From contig PYJC01000090.1 in assembly GCA_003635255.1 (NCBI GenBank), positions 7,880 through 71,879 on the forward strand: a DNA stretch of 64,000 nt, given 5' to 3'. This document shows positions 45,669 to 55,145 of this stretch, in pieces (the first letter of the stretch is position 1; every line of letters begins with the position of its first letter). A program made the translations under genes and the position numbers. The notes below the pieces were generated by a model. That model searched no databases. It had not been told where the DNA came from and saw nothing but the letters and a program-made list of their open reading frames with translations. This DNA is from Candidatus Poribacteria bacterium. Lineage in GTDB: Bacteria > Poribacteria > WGA-4E > WGA-3G.

Positions 45669-45764
45669 AACCCCCTAAATCCCCCTTATCAGGGGGACTT
45701 TAAGAGGAAATGCGTAAGTCCTACTTATCAGGAGGACTTTAAAGAGGAAATGCGTAAGTCCTAA
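45669..45764 (-). terminator. repeat family A (two tandem sub-units) with a CCCCCT-gata-AGGGGG hairpin directly after the sppA stop; terminator-like
   Basis: The minus strand reads TAG-gacttacgcatttcctc..aaagtCCCCCTgataAGGGGGatttaggggg, with a T-rich tail after the stem. The ~40-nt sub-unit cttatcagg(g/a)ggacttt(a)aagaggaaatgcgtaagtccta occurs twice. Confidence 0.55.
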
Positions 45765-47578
45765 TAGATTAAAATATCATAAGGTAAGATTGTTACGATT
45801 TGTGTTCCATCTTTAAAGCCAAACAGGCTTAACCATGTGATAATATGCTGCGACGGCGTGCCTAACATAGAAAGCACCGGATGATTGGCGGCCGATTGTA
45901 ATGGCAGTTGAATCGAACTGTCTGTATCTTCAATCATCTGCTCTAAGAGTTGTTCAAAAAAAGGTCGCTGCTTTGGTAAAACGATAAGGTTAACTTTGTC
46001 ATCTTCAGCGAACCCTGCCTGTTTCTTGGCAATAGACAGCGCAGTATCAAGTCCCCCGATTTCATCAACGAGTCCGAGTTCCTTCGCCTGCTTGCCTGTC
46101 CAGACGCGCCCTTGTGCGATTTCGTCAATTTCGTCAAACGATTTATTTCTTCCTGTTGCTGCTTTGTTGACGAAATCCTCATAGACGGTTTTCATCATCT
46201 TTTCGACGCGTTCCCGCTCGGTAGGTGTAAAGCCGCCGTAGTCCGAATAGAGGGTAGCGTTCTGACCGTGTGAGATGATCTCTTTTGTCAAACCGGCTTT
46301 ATTATAAAGTCCTTTGAGATTCAGTTTACCGCCGAATACGCCGATTGACCCCGTCAGCGTGCTGGGGTGTGCGACGATTGTCCCTGCTGCCATCGCAATA
46401 TAGTAGCCGCCAGACGCAGCGACATTGCCCATGGAAACGACGACAGGTTTTTCGCGTTGGGTGAGCATCACTTCTCGCCATATTAGGTCAGAAGCGAGTG
46501 CGGAGCCGCCGGGACTGTCTATACGGAACACAACTGCCTGAACGGTATCATCCGTGCGTGCTTTCTCGAACGCTTTTTTTAATGCCTTCGGCGTAATCGC
46601 TGACATTGCGATGAACGGCGAATCGATATCGGGTAAAATGGGACCGCTGGCATAGATAAGCGCGATTTGATGCTCCGCGGCAGCCTGCGCCCGCTGCGGC
46701 GGATTCAACATACTGAACAGCTGCATAAGCCCGGCGAAACTATTCATGTCCGGTACTTTTCGTTTACGCTCGAACCCGGGTTTGACAACCTGCACCTCTT
46801 CGTTTTCGGGTGCAGATTTCAGTTCAGCAATCAATTCGTCGTAGTATTGCAATGCGTCAACCAGTTTTTCTTGCTTCGCCTCTTCTGCTGTGAACGGACC
46901 GCGGTTCATCAAGTCTGATGCATTTTTCGTTGTGATACTCTCTCGACGCTCAGCGAGATGGTTCAGCAATTGGGCGTACAGATCGTCAAGCAGTGCAGTC
47001 ATTGACTCACGGAACGCATCCGACATGCCGTCCCGCATATAGGGTTCAACACCGGATTTGTATTTACCCATAGCGAGCATATCTGCTTCAATATCCAGTT
47101 TGTCTAACAATCCCTTATAGAAAAGGACTTCGGCGCGTAAGCCTGTTAAAGTGAGGCTTCCCGTAGGCATTAGGACGATGCGATCCATCGTAGCGGCGAG
47201 GAGATATTCGGCATTACCACCACTTTCGAGATAGCCAATTGTCTCTTTTCCTGTCTCGTGGAATTCGTTTAGTTTGTTTCGGATTTCTTGGAGCGTTGCC
47301 CACCCTAAGCCGACACCTTCTATTTTGAAGATAACTCCGGCGATCTCATCGTCTGTTTTGAGTGCGTCTAATTTTTTAAAGAGGCCGCGTAGCGTTTTTG
47401 TTGAGGAGGTGCCAAAGGTGCTGACTGTCTTGGTATCGGTGTAGGTGCCATTCAGCGTGAATTCAACATATTTTTTAGTGGGGGGCGGCGTTTCTTCCGC
47501 TACTTTCTCCTCAGCGAACACTGGCGAAACGAGGATCAGCAACGTTAGCAGAAACGTGCATGTTTGTAATAGTTTCAT
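45761..47578 (-). CDS. sppA: signal peptide peptidase SppA, 67K type (two S49 domains)
   Basis: 605 aa with a signal anchor. The second domain has VVFRIDSPGGSALASD and GNVAASGGYYIAMAA. Confidence 0.9.
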   Translation of the reverse strand: MKLLQTCTFLLTLLILVSPVFAEEKVAEETPPPTKKYVEFTLNGTYTDTKTVSTFGTSSTKTLRGLFKKLDALKTDDEIAGVIFKIEGVGLGWATLQEIRNKLNEFHETGKETIGYLESGGNAEYLLAATMDRIVLMPTGSLTLTGLRAEVLFYKGLLDKLDIEADMLAMGKYKSGVEPYMRDGMSDAFRESMTALLDDLYAQLLNHLAERRESITTKNASDLMNRGPFTAEEAKQEKLVDALQYYDELIAELKSAPENEEVQVVKPGFERKRKVPDMNSFAGLMQLFSMLNPPQRAQAAAEHQIALIYASGPILPDIDSPFIAMSAITPKALKKAFEKARTDDTVQAVVFRIDSPGGSALASDLIWREVMLTQREKPVVVSMGNVAASGGYYIAMAAGTIVAHPSTLTGSIGVFGGKLNLKGLYNKAGLTKEIISHGQNATLYSDYGGFTPTERERVEKMMKTVYEDFVNKAATGRNKSFDEIDEIAQGRVWTGKQAKELGLVDEIGGLDTALSIAKKQAGFAEDDKVNLIVLPKQRPFFEQLLEQMIEDTDSSIQLPLQSAANHPVLSMLGTPSQHIITWLSLFGFKDGTQIVTILPYDILIY

Positions 47579-47617
47579 GAGTCTATCCCTCTTTTTGGTA
47601 TCTGATTTAGCACTGCT

Positions 47618-47647
47618 ATTTTACCACAAGATAGTGGATCGTGTCAA
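47618..47647 (-). promoter_or_regulatory. candidate sigma70-type promoter for sppA
   Basis: The minus strand reads TTGACA-18 nt-TAAAAT, about 40 nt upstream of ATG 47578. Confidence 0.35.
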
Positions 47648-47700
47648 GTGGCAAATTCTTTCGGGGTGTGTCAATATTTTGTCGATTGTCGTCTGCGTTT

Positions 47701-47940
47701 CTATGGAAGTTATGAAATTTCATAGTATTTCATAGTAAGGATCCGAAGTGGTGTTTCGGGGCCCGCTACGAAGTAAGGTGTGGCAAGGGTTTTTACGGTG
47801 TTGTGAACCTTGTCAATTTTTTTCATACCTATGAAATTATGATTTTAAGATTCTGGTTGTTTCGCTTACAAACACAGTGGTGGTATGGGATTACGAGCGT
47901 TTCTATTCTTGGCATTTAAAATGCGTTACTATGAAATTTC
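47701..47940. promoter_or_regulatory. cluster of CTATGAAAT(TTCATAG) motifs including a perfect 14-bp palindrome
   Basis: TATGAAATTTCATA at 47711..47724; atttcatag at 47727..47735; tttcata-cc-tatgaaatt at 47821..47838; ctatgaaatttc at 47929..47940. Confidence 0.45.
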
Positions 47941-48220
47941 TGTTCATTGGTCTAAGGTTATCGGATTGTTGCTTTCCTGCCTGTTGGTACCTTGGCGGGA
48001 TGTGGTCCACTGCACATCGGATGCGGGGTGCATTATATTGAATACACAATTAAAATAAAGTGTATTTTGTTAAGTAAAACAGAAAAGAAAAGCGGATGCA
48101 CACTGTTCTTTAAGGCGGTCAAATCCACGCAATATCTCGCTTGGAAGCATCATGTCAAGCAAAATCAGGCACATCCCATGTACACGCGCACGCACTGAGG
48201 GAATTCGGGCGCAGCAGGAA

Positions 48221-48273
48221 CAGTTGTCGGCTGTTGGTTAGAGAGGTCTCTTGTAACCGATAACTGATAACCC
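48221..48273. repeat. inverted heptamer hairpin inside the ORF-free region
   Basis: cagttgt cggctgt tggttag agag-gt-ctct tgtaacc gataact gataacc. Confidence 0.75.
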
Positions 48274-48646
48274 TTTGAAATTGTGATTGAGGCATACTAT
48301 GAGACGGAAAAGAGACGCAGCAGGTGCAGGGCGTGTCTCTTTCTCTGGATACTCGCTGTGAAACACAGCACGCTGGATGCCTGTAGGGGTGGGAGTAACG
48401 ATAACCTTGATACGAGCGATCGCCTGTGCCCTTACCGTTGGCGCGTACTACTGGGATTGTGGATGGTTCTTCTTACGAAACACCTATCAGACGGAGCAGC
48501 CAGTTCGGAGATTTACTGCTCTGTTCGCTCGGTCCTTCTTCCGGTTCGTCAAATGATTGACAGGTGTTAGGTGTTGAGGTGAACAGACTTACCTTCATAC
48601 ACGATTATGATGGAATCTGTCCTTTCACGGGTCAAATTAGAAAATC

Positions 48647-49348
48647 TTAGATGTCATCATCCCAATCTATGAGATGGAACGGTGTGCCTTCTGCTTTGGC
48701 TTTTCGGTATTTTTCGAGTTGGCGCAGAACGGTTTTATTTGGCCAGAGGACATATTTGGCTTCGTAAGCGGCGAGGATTTCATCCTCCGTAAAATGCCCG
48801 TTCTCCTGTCTCAATTTTTTCTCGTACGCGACAACAATATGAACTTCTGGAATGTCCCCATGCTGTTCGATTAACTGTTCTCTATAAATTTTGGCAAATA
48901 AATCTGGGTCATCGGTTTCTTCTTTTAATTTGATTTTTAGAAGTTTTTCAAGATATTGCCGATTCGATGCGTTTGGCCACAACTGATATCGCGCTTTGGC
49001 AACGGCAATCGTTTCGTCAAATGTTACAGATATGCCTAAACTCCTTTTCCTTTCATACGCCGCAACGATTTGCGCTGCTGGTGTACTTCCAAATTGTTGC
49101 AGCATTTGGGCGGCGAAGTATTCAGCGCGCAACTCAGGGTCTTCGGTCTTATGCCAATCCGCTGGAACATCAAGTGCCAAGAGTTCGTCAATATTCAGAT
49201 TGTAAATATCCGCCTCACTGAGGTCATAATTATACGCTATTGGACTTGACACCCCTGTATCTTCAGTGTTTCCACAACCCATAAAGAGATATAAAATTGT
49301 CAGAGATAAGAGGTAGATCAGTCTAACGGAAGATAGAGTACGCTGCAT
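48647..49348 (-). CDS. lipoprotein with two internal repeats, unknown function
   Basis: 233 aa with a lipobox LFMGC-G and AAGGAG SD. Repeats: IVAAYERKRSLGISVTFDETIAVAKARYQLWPNASNRQYLEKL / IVVAYEKKLRQENGHFTEDEILAAYEAKYVLWPNKTVLRQLEKY. Confidence 0.7.
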   Translation of the reverse strand: MQRTLSSVRLIYLLSLTILYLFMGCGNTEDTGVSSPIAYNYDLSEADIYNLNIDELLALDVPADWHKTEDPELRAEYFAAQMLQQFGSTPAAQIVAAYERKRSLGISVTFDETIAVAKARYQLWPNASNRQYLEKLLKIKLKEETDDPDLFAKIYREQLIEQHGDIPEVHIVVAYEKKLRQENGHFTEDEILAAYEAKYVLWPNKTVLRQLEKYRKAKAEGTPFHLIDWDDDI

Positions 49349-49361
49349 TGAAGTGTCTCCT

Positions 49362-49640
49362 TTAATGTTTTTGTTGATGGGTGTGGGTATCTGCTTTTAT
49401 CTTTCGCAGTTTTTCAAGTGTTTTCAAGGTGTTTTTCAACGGCCAAAGATAATATTGTGCTTCAAGAAAGGTGATTTGCTCATCAAAGGAGGCAGGTATC
49501 TGTCGTGCCCTTTTTCGCTCGCGTTCGGCGACAAAAGGGATTTAGTTTCACAAATTCGCTTTATATGCGTGTATATTTTCCTCTGTATGAGCGAACTGTG
49601 CTCGCGATATTGTGTCGAAAAGTTAATATCTGTCAACCAG
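49362..49640 (-). pseudogene. decayed paralog fragment of the lipoprotein repeat
   Basis: The minus-strand stop-to-stop frame reads IPFVAERERKRARQIPASFDEQITFLEAQYYLWPLKNTLKTLEKLRKIKAD, similar to the repeat of 48647..49348. It has no start codon. An upstream piece (AQFAHTEENIHAYKANL) lies in another frame. Confidence 0.4.
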
Positions 49641-49825
49641 AACCAATATCGGAACCAAAAAACTAAATCGTCCTAAGATAACTCACGAGATTAATTATAC
49701 CCCTGAAAAAGGTTTTGTCAAATTAAAATTTCAAAAAACGTATTTTTTTCGGATATTAGGCTGCTGATTTTTTTACGAATCGCACATATCCGCAGAACTC
49801 AGAGAAAAACGGTGTGCACACCGTA

Positions 49826-49860
49826 GGTGTATTTGCTTGGGTATTTCTGCGGATTTCCCC
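49826..49860 (+). repeat. repeat family B core, copy 4
   Basis: ggtgtatttgcttgggtatttctgcggatttcccc. Confidence 0.8.
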
Positions 49861-50116
49861 AAGGTGAACGGATACCTCCCAAAGACCACCCATAGGCTAT
49901 CAACTTCAGTGGGTTTGTTGGGTTTCGCTGTCTCTATTTACAGAAAGCGGGTATTAGCGAACAGCAGTTTCGGTAGCAACAGAGGGAGCTTGCGTCTTTA
50001 CCGCTCAACCCAACCTACGGGCTACAGAAGATTGAAATTGAACAGGAGACCAACAGCCTATTCTACAAAAGATTCAACAGGAAACCAAAGCGGGAATTCC
50101 CTGATTATTTCGGTTT

Positions 50117-52246
50117 CTATTCTCCAAGATGCTGCGCGACGAGTGTTAAATCCAAAATGTTGACAATACCATCACCGTTAAGATCCGGTGTTTTTTGCCC
50201 AAATTGTGAGGCAACGAGCGTCAAATCTAAGATATTCACGACCCCATCGTTATTGACATCCCACGGCGTTTCGGTAAGGAACGGGGCGAGGTCCCATAAG
50301 AGAATGCTTGCATAATCCGCGCTGATAAGGTTTTGGTTATCGGGCCAAAACGCTAAGGCAGCAGCTTCAGACGTAACTCCAGTCAAAATTGTCTGTAGCT
50401 GCTCGGTGTGGACATCCCATATATAAACGCCATACCCTACTTGCGGTGCAGCAACAGTAGAACCATCTGTGGAAAACGCCAACGTACTATAATTTCCAGT
50501 ACGTCCCCAGAGCGTTGTGCGGTGCCGCCCGGTATTCGCGTCCCACAAATAAACACCGTGCCCATTCATACTTGCGATTGTTTTTCCGTCAGGCGAAAAC
50601 GCGACAGCCTCAATCGAATCCCTATCTCCATCAATAGTGGTGTGGAGTTCGCCGGTATTGACATCCCACAACCGAATTTGGGCATCACCACCTGCTGCCA
50701 TAACGGATTGGCTGTCCGGAGAAAATGCCAACGATATACCGGCTGTGTGGGTATTGAGGGTTGATCGTCTGGTCCCGGTCTCTGGATCCCACAGATAAAT
50801 TAGTGTATTGGTATTCCCACTGCTCGCCAAGATTTTACCATCGGGGGAGAAGGCGATAGCTGTAACTGTGTCTGCATGTTTCTCAAGGGTGACACGTAGT
50901 TTTCCAGTAGCCACATCCCACAGCCGGACTGTTTTGTCCCGACTTCCACTTGCGAGGGTGCTGCCGTTCGGTGAAAATACCAAAGCGGTTACATCTTTGG
51001 TATGTCCAGCAAGCGTAGCAAGTTTTCGATCTGTGCCGACATCCCATAGCCAGATTGCCTCTGGTTCACTCCCAATTGCAACAGTCCTCTTATCCGGCGA
51101 AAAAGCTGCGGGGCCCAAACGCCAATGTCCTGTAATAGTGGTCCGTTGTTCACCTGTATCTGTCTCCCATAAACGAATTGTCTCATCATCGTAACTTGTA
51201 CTGGCGAGGTGAGCACCGTCGGGTGAGAAAGCAATCGTATCAATTGAACCTGTATGTTTCCAAAGCGTAGCACGCAGTTTTCCTGTATCTGCCTCCCATA
51301 AGCGAATTTTCTGGTCCAAACCTGCACTTGCGAAGGTTTTACCATCCGGTGAAAACGCAACGGACATGACAATTGATGTATGTCCAGTGAGGACCTCACG
51401 CACGGAACGCGTGTCCATGTCCCATAACAGCACCGTTTTGTCCCAACCGCCACTCACAAGCGTTTTGCCATCCGGCGAAAACGCCACAGAATGGACGCGA
51501 TCCATGTGTCCTTCGAGCGTCGCATAGGACAATCCTGTGGCTACGTCCCACAGTTGAATTGTGTAGTCCCAAGCTCCACCCACAAGCGTTTTGCCATCCA
51601 GAGAGAACGCTATTGACGCGACAAACGGACCGTCTTCAAGAATAGATCTATACTGTCCTGTTTCTATATTCCAGAGTCGTACTGAACCATCACTGCTTGC
51701 ACTTGCGAGTGTTTTGCCGTCCGGTGAGAATGCCAGTTCCCAGACATCAAGTTGTCCTATCTCTGCTCCCTTTGGAATTTCGGGAGGTCTTGTCAGGGTA
51801 GCCAAGTGTTCTCCGGTATCCGCATTCCACAACCGAATCTCGCTATCTTCTTTCCACCACCCCCATTTTCTACCTGCGCCGCTCGCGACGATTTTTCCAT
51901 CTGGCGAGAATGCCACTGATAAAACTGGTTCCGTGTGTCCAGTGAATAAAGCGAGTTCTTCACCGGTGTGTGCATTGTACATCCAAACACCGATTGAACT
52001 TGCGACAGCAATTCGAGTGCCGTCTGGCGAATACGCGATACCACCGTGTAGTATCCCTTTACCTATGCGGTATTTCGCGCCTGTGGGTAAGCCTATTTGG
52101 ATATATTCTTGCGCATAAGCGTTAGAAAGAGATAAGAAGGCGATTAAAAGCAACACCAAACTAAAAAATAGCGTCTGGATGGCACCGCAAAAATGAACGC
52201 TTGTGGAAAGTATGTTCATAAGGAGACAGCGTCGATTAGTCTTCAT
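50117..52246 (-). CDS. secreted WD40-repeat protein with C-terminal type-I dockerin
   Basis: 709 aa with many GHT..V.S(V/I)AFSPDGK..AS WD40 units. The C-terminus DVNNDGVVNILDLTLVASQFG..DLNGDGIVNILDLTLVAQHLGE is a duplicated dockerin Ca-binding segment. Confidence 0.9.
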   Translation of the reverse strand: MKTNRRCLLMNILSTSVHFCGAIQTLFFSLVLLLIAFLSLSNAYAQEYIQIGLPTGAKYRIGKGILHGGIAYSPDGTRIAVASSIGVWMYNAHTGEELALFTGHTEPVLSVAFSPDGKIVASGAGRKWGWWKEDSEIRLWNADTGEHLATLTRPPEIPKGAEIGQLDVWELAFSPDGKTLASASSDGSVRLWNIETGQYRSILEDGPFVASIAFSLDGKTLVGGAWDYTIQLWDVATGLSYATLEGHMDRVHSVAFSPDGKTLVSGGWDKTVLLWDMDTRSVREVLTGHTSIVMSVAFSPDGKTFASAGLDQKIRLWEADTGKLRATLWKHTGSIDTIAFSPDGAHLASTSYDDETIRLWETDTGEQRTTITGHWRLGPAAFSPDKRTVAIGSEPEAIWLWDVGTDRKLATLAGHTKDVTALVFSPNGSTLASGSRDKTVRLWDVATGKLRVTLEKHADTVTAIAFSPDGKILASSGNTNTLIYLWDPETGTRRSTLNTHTAGISLAFSPDSQSVMAAGGDAQIRLWDVNTGELHTTIDGDRDSIEAVAFSPDGKTIASMNGHGVYLWDANTGRHRTTLWGRTGNYSTLAFSTDGSTVAAPQVGYGVYIWDVHTEQLQTILTGVTSEAAALAFWPDNQNLISADYASILLWDLAPFLTETPWDVNNDGVVNILDLTLVASQFGQKTPDLNGDGIVNILDLTLVAQHLGE

Positions 52247-52257
52247 AATTTAATCTC

Positions 52258-53415
52258 CTATTCTCCGATGTGCTGTGCGATGAGTGTCAGATCTAAAATG
52301 TTGACGATGCCGTCCTCATTGAGATCAGGTGAGTTCTCTCCAAAACGTGAGGCGATGAATGTCAGGTCCAAGATGTTCACAATACCGTCACCGTTGACAT
52401 CCGCTGATTTTGGCTCAGGTGCCATGTGCCACAACTGGATTGTCCCATCAAGACTCGCGCTTGCGAGTACATTTTCATAGATGCCGCGGGCATCGAATAG
52501 AAATGTTAAAGCAAGGACGGGGGTGGTATTATCCTCAAGAATTGTTTGTAATTGTCCGGCACGGGGGTGCCACAGATGGATTGTGTTATCCCAACCTGCG
52601 CTTGCGAGTGTCTGACCATCGGGTGAGAATGCCAAGGCGAAGATCGGATCGGTATGTCCTTTAATAGTTGTTAGGCGTTGACCGGTGTATGTATGCCATA
52701 GGTGAATTGTACTCTCTGCGTCCAGACTCCAGTATCCACCGCTTGCCAGTGTCTGGTTATCAGGTGAGAATGCAAGTGCCACGATTGACGCTGTATGCGC
52801 GGAGAGGTTATGTCGGATTTGACCTGTTTCAACATCCCATAACAGAATTGTACCATAAAAACTTGTACTCGCAAGTGTTTTACCATCGGGTGAGAATGCC
52901 AATGTGGTAACCATATCCCTGTGTCCTTCAAGGACTGAAGCAATGGTAGACTGTTCTGCGGTTAAGTTCCACAGATGAATCTCTTTGAAACTCCCACTGG
53001 CGAGGGTGTTACCATCAGGTGAGAACGCTAACGCTACAATAGGGTAGGTATGTCCTACAAAATTTTTTATGTGTTCACCGGTGTGTGCATTCCAGAGATC
53101 AATGGTAGCATCTGCGTTAGCACTTGCAACTATCTGATTATCGGGTGAGAACGCCAGCGCAGGCACGCTATCCAGAGGTGTCAAAAATAGTGCCACCTCT
53201 TTTCCGGTGTAGGTATCATAAACGGTAATACCGTTTGCGGTTGCAACAGCGAGTCGTGCCCCATCAGTGGAAAAGACGATAGCGTTGGTCTCAGTTACGT
53301 CCAAAGAAGGGGAACCGTGTTCTGGCGTGTGCCATTGCGTTACATCTTGAGCGAATCCTGCTGGTAGGGTCAAGATATAAACGGATAGAAAGGTCGAGAT
53401 TAGGAAGTGTCGCAC
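52258..53415 (-). CDS. secreted WD40-repeat protein with C-terminal type-I dockerin (shorter paralog)
   Basis: 385 aa with a GTG start and GGAGGG 9 nt upstream. Signal peptide FLSVYILTLPAGFA-QD; 7 WD40 units; DVNGDGIVNILDLTFIA..DLNEDGIVNILDLTLIAQHIGE. Confidence 0.9.
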   Translation of the reverse strand: MRHFLISTFLSVYILTLPAGFAQDVTQWHTPEHGSPSLDVTETNAIVFSTDGARLAVATANGITVYDTYTGKEVALFLTPLDSVPALAFSPDNQIVASANADATIDLWNAHTGEHIKNFVGHTYPIVALAFSPDGNTLASGSFKEIHLWNLTAEQSTIASVLEGHRDMVTTLAFSPDGKTLASTSFYGTILLWDVETGQIRHNLSAHTASIVALAFSPDNQTLASGGYWSLDAESTIHLWHTYTGQRLTTIKGHTDPIFALAFSPDGQTLASAGWDNTIHLWHPRAGQLQTILEDNTTPVLALTFLFDARGIYENVLASASLDGTIQLWHMAPEPKSADVNGDGIVNILDLTFIASRFGENSPDLNEDGIVNILDLTLIAQHIGE

Positions 53416-53532
53416 GGTGAGTTTCCCTCCGCTTATCCGTTATTGGGCAAGCGGGTTGATTAATAAAGTTATACGACTTCCGCGCGGATTACACCTGATG
53501 CGCAAGCGGGAACATCACCATCAACAATCCGC

Positions 53533-55020
53533 TTAGAGGATATACCTGCTTAAATCCTGGTCTCTGACGATTTCAGACAATTCTGATTTGACATAATCGG
53601 CATCAATGGTAATCTCACTTTTATCGAGGTCAGGTGCGTCGAAAAAGAGATTTTCAAAGAGTTTTTCCATGATGGTGTGTAGGCGGCGTGCGCCGATGTC
53701 CTCAACCGATTCATTCACTTGGAAAGCAAGTGCGGCGATTTCGTCAATCGCATCATCCGTTATAGTCGCTTCTATCCCTTCAGTTTTCAGGAGTGCGGTA
53801 TACTGTTTCACTAAGGCGTTTTTCGGTTCTGTGAGAATAGATTTAAAGTCATCCTTATTAAGACTTTTCAGTTCTACTCGAATCGGGAACCTCCCTTGTA
53901 ATTCGGGGATAAGGTCAGAAGGGCTTGAAACATGAAACGCCCCAGCAGCGACGAAGAGAATGTGGTGTGTGCGTATAGCACCGTATTTTGAAGTTACTGT
54001 GCTCCCTTCGATGATAGGTAAGATATCGCGTTGTACGCCTTCGCGTGAGATATCGGGTCCGTGGCGTGATTCTCTGCCTGCGATCTTGTCAATTTCGTCC
54101 AAAAAGACGATCCCTGAGTTTTCAACGCGTTGAATGGCTTCGCTGATAACAGCATCCATATCAATAAGTTTTTCAGATTCCTCTTGCATCAAGATCGTGC
54201 GTGCTTCAGAGACAGGGACTCGTCGTTTTTTCGTCTGGTTCGGGAGGATGTTACTAAACATATCCTTGAAGTTGATATCCATCTCCTCAATACCGCCGGG
54301 CGAGAAGATTTCAACAAATGGCATGCTCTGATGCTTGACGTTGATTTCAACGGGTTTATCCTCAAGTCTACCTTCACGTAGCCAATCTCTAAATTTTTCT
54401 CGGGTTTTAAGATGGCGTTCTCGTTCTCTTTCGCGTTCTTCCTCGGCTTCGGTTTCCGCGTCGGGTCCAAGGTCGAATGGCAATTGGAGGACACCACCAT
54501 CGTCTTCGCCGTCTAATTCGTCGAGTGCTTCTTTTTCTAAGTTCGGACGTTGCTGCAGGGAACGTGGCAGTGGAAAGATACAATCCAGGAGCCTTTCTTC
54601 AGTGGCCTCGCGTGCCTTTTCCTCAACCGCCTCTGCCTGTTCGGCTTTGACGCGACCAATTGCTGTTTCAACGAGATCGCGAATCATGGATTCAACGTCA
54701 CGACCGACATAACCAATTTCAGTATACTTTGAGGCTTCTACCTTGATGAAGGGTGCATCAACAAGCCGTGCAAGTCTACGTGCGATTTCGGTTTTGCCGA
54801 CACCTGTTGAACCGATCATGATGATGTTCTTAGGTGAGACCTCGTCTTGCATATCTTCTCCCAACATCTGTCGCCGCGTGCGGTTGCGGAGGGCGATAGC
54901 GACAGAACGTTTCGCCTCAAACTGCCCGACGATATATTTATCCAATTCCTCAACAATCTGCCGCGGCGTGAGTGCGTCCGCTAAAGTGACTTTTTCACAC
55001 GTTGCCTTTGATTTCTCCAA
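53533..55020 (-). CDS. hslU: ATP-dependent protease ATPase subunit HslU
   Basis: 495 aa with [17 protein letters not shown] and Walker [16 protein letters not shown]; I-domain; C-terminal DLSRYIL. The start is TTG in the ORF track with no obvious SD, so start confidence is lower. Confidence 0.95.
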   Translation of the reverse strand: MEKSKATCEKVTLADALTPRQIVEELDKYIVGQFEAKRSVAIALRNRTRRQMLGEDMQDEVSPKNIIMIGSTGVGKTEIARRLARLVDAPFIKVEASKYTEIGYVGRDVESMIRDLVETAIGRVKAEQAEAVEEKAREATEERLLDCIFPLPRSLQQRPNLEKEALDELDGEDDGGVLQLPFDLGPDAETEAEEERERERERHLKTREKFRDWLREGRLEDKPVEINVKHQSMPFVEIFSPGGIEEMDINFKDMFSNILPNQTKKRRVPVSEARTILMQEESEKLIDMDAVISEAIQRVENSGIVFLDEIDKIAGRESRHGPDISREGVQRDILPIIEGSTVTSKYGAIRTHHILFVAAGAFHVSSPSDLIPELQGRFPIRVELKSLNKDDFKSILTEPKNALVKQYTALLKTEGIEATITDDAIDEIAALAFQVNESVEDIGARRLHTIMEKLFENLFFDAPDLDKSEITIDADYVKSELSEIVRDQDLSRYIL

Positions 55021-55035
55021 GATTTCATTAGTTAT

Positions 55036-55145
55036 CAGTCGTCAGTCGTCAGTTTTCAGTTAAGAGGTGTCGGGGTTACCGAAAGGTGTTTGGTGAATCC
55101 GAGCCCGCTTGTAACTGATAACTGTTAACTGTTAACTGACAACTC
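55036..55145. repeat. inverted heptamer arrays between hslV and hslU; the right arm overlaps the hslV stop
   Basis: Left arm cagtcgt cagtcgt cagtttt cagttaa; ~45-nt core; right arm gtaactg ataactg ttaactg ttaactg acaactc. The TAA stop of hslV is at 55125..55127, inside the array. Confidence 0.9.

Noticed and set aside
47992-48570. Plus-strand ORFs 47992..48198 and 48283..48570 as genes
   Set aside because: The composition is Cys/His/Arg-rich and unlike real proteins. There is no SD, and the second ORF spans a heptamer hairpin. I treat the region as non-coding.
49837-50163. ORF 49837..50163 (+)
   Set aside because: It starts inside a family-B repeat, runs into the 3' end of the WD40 gene on the other strand, and has no motif.
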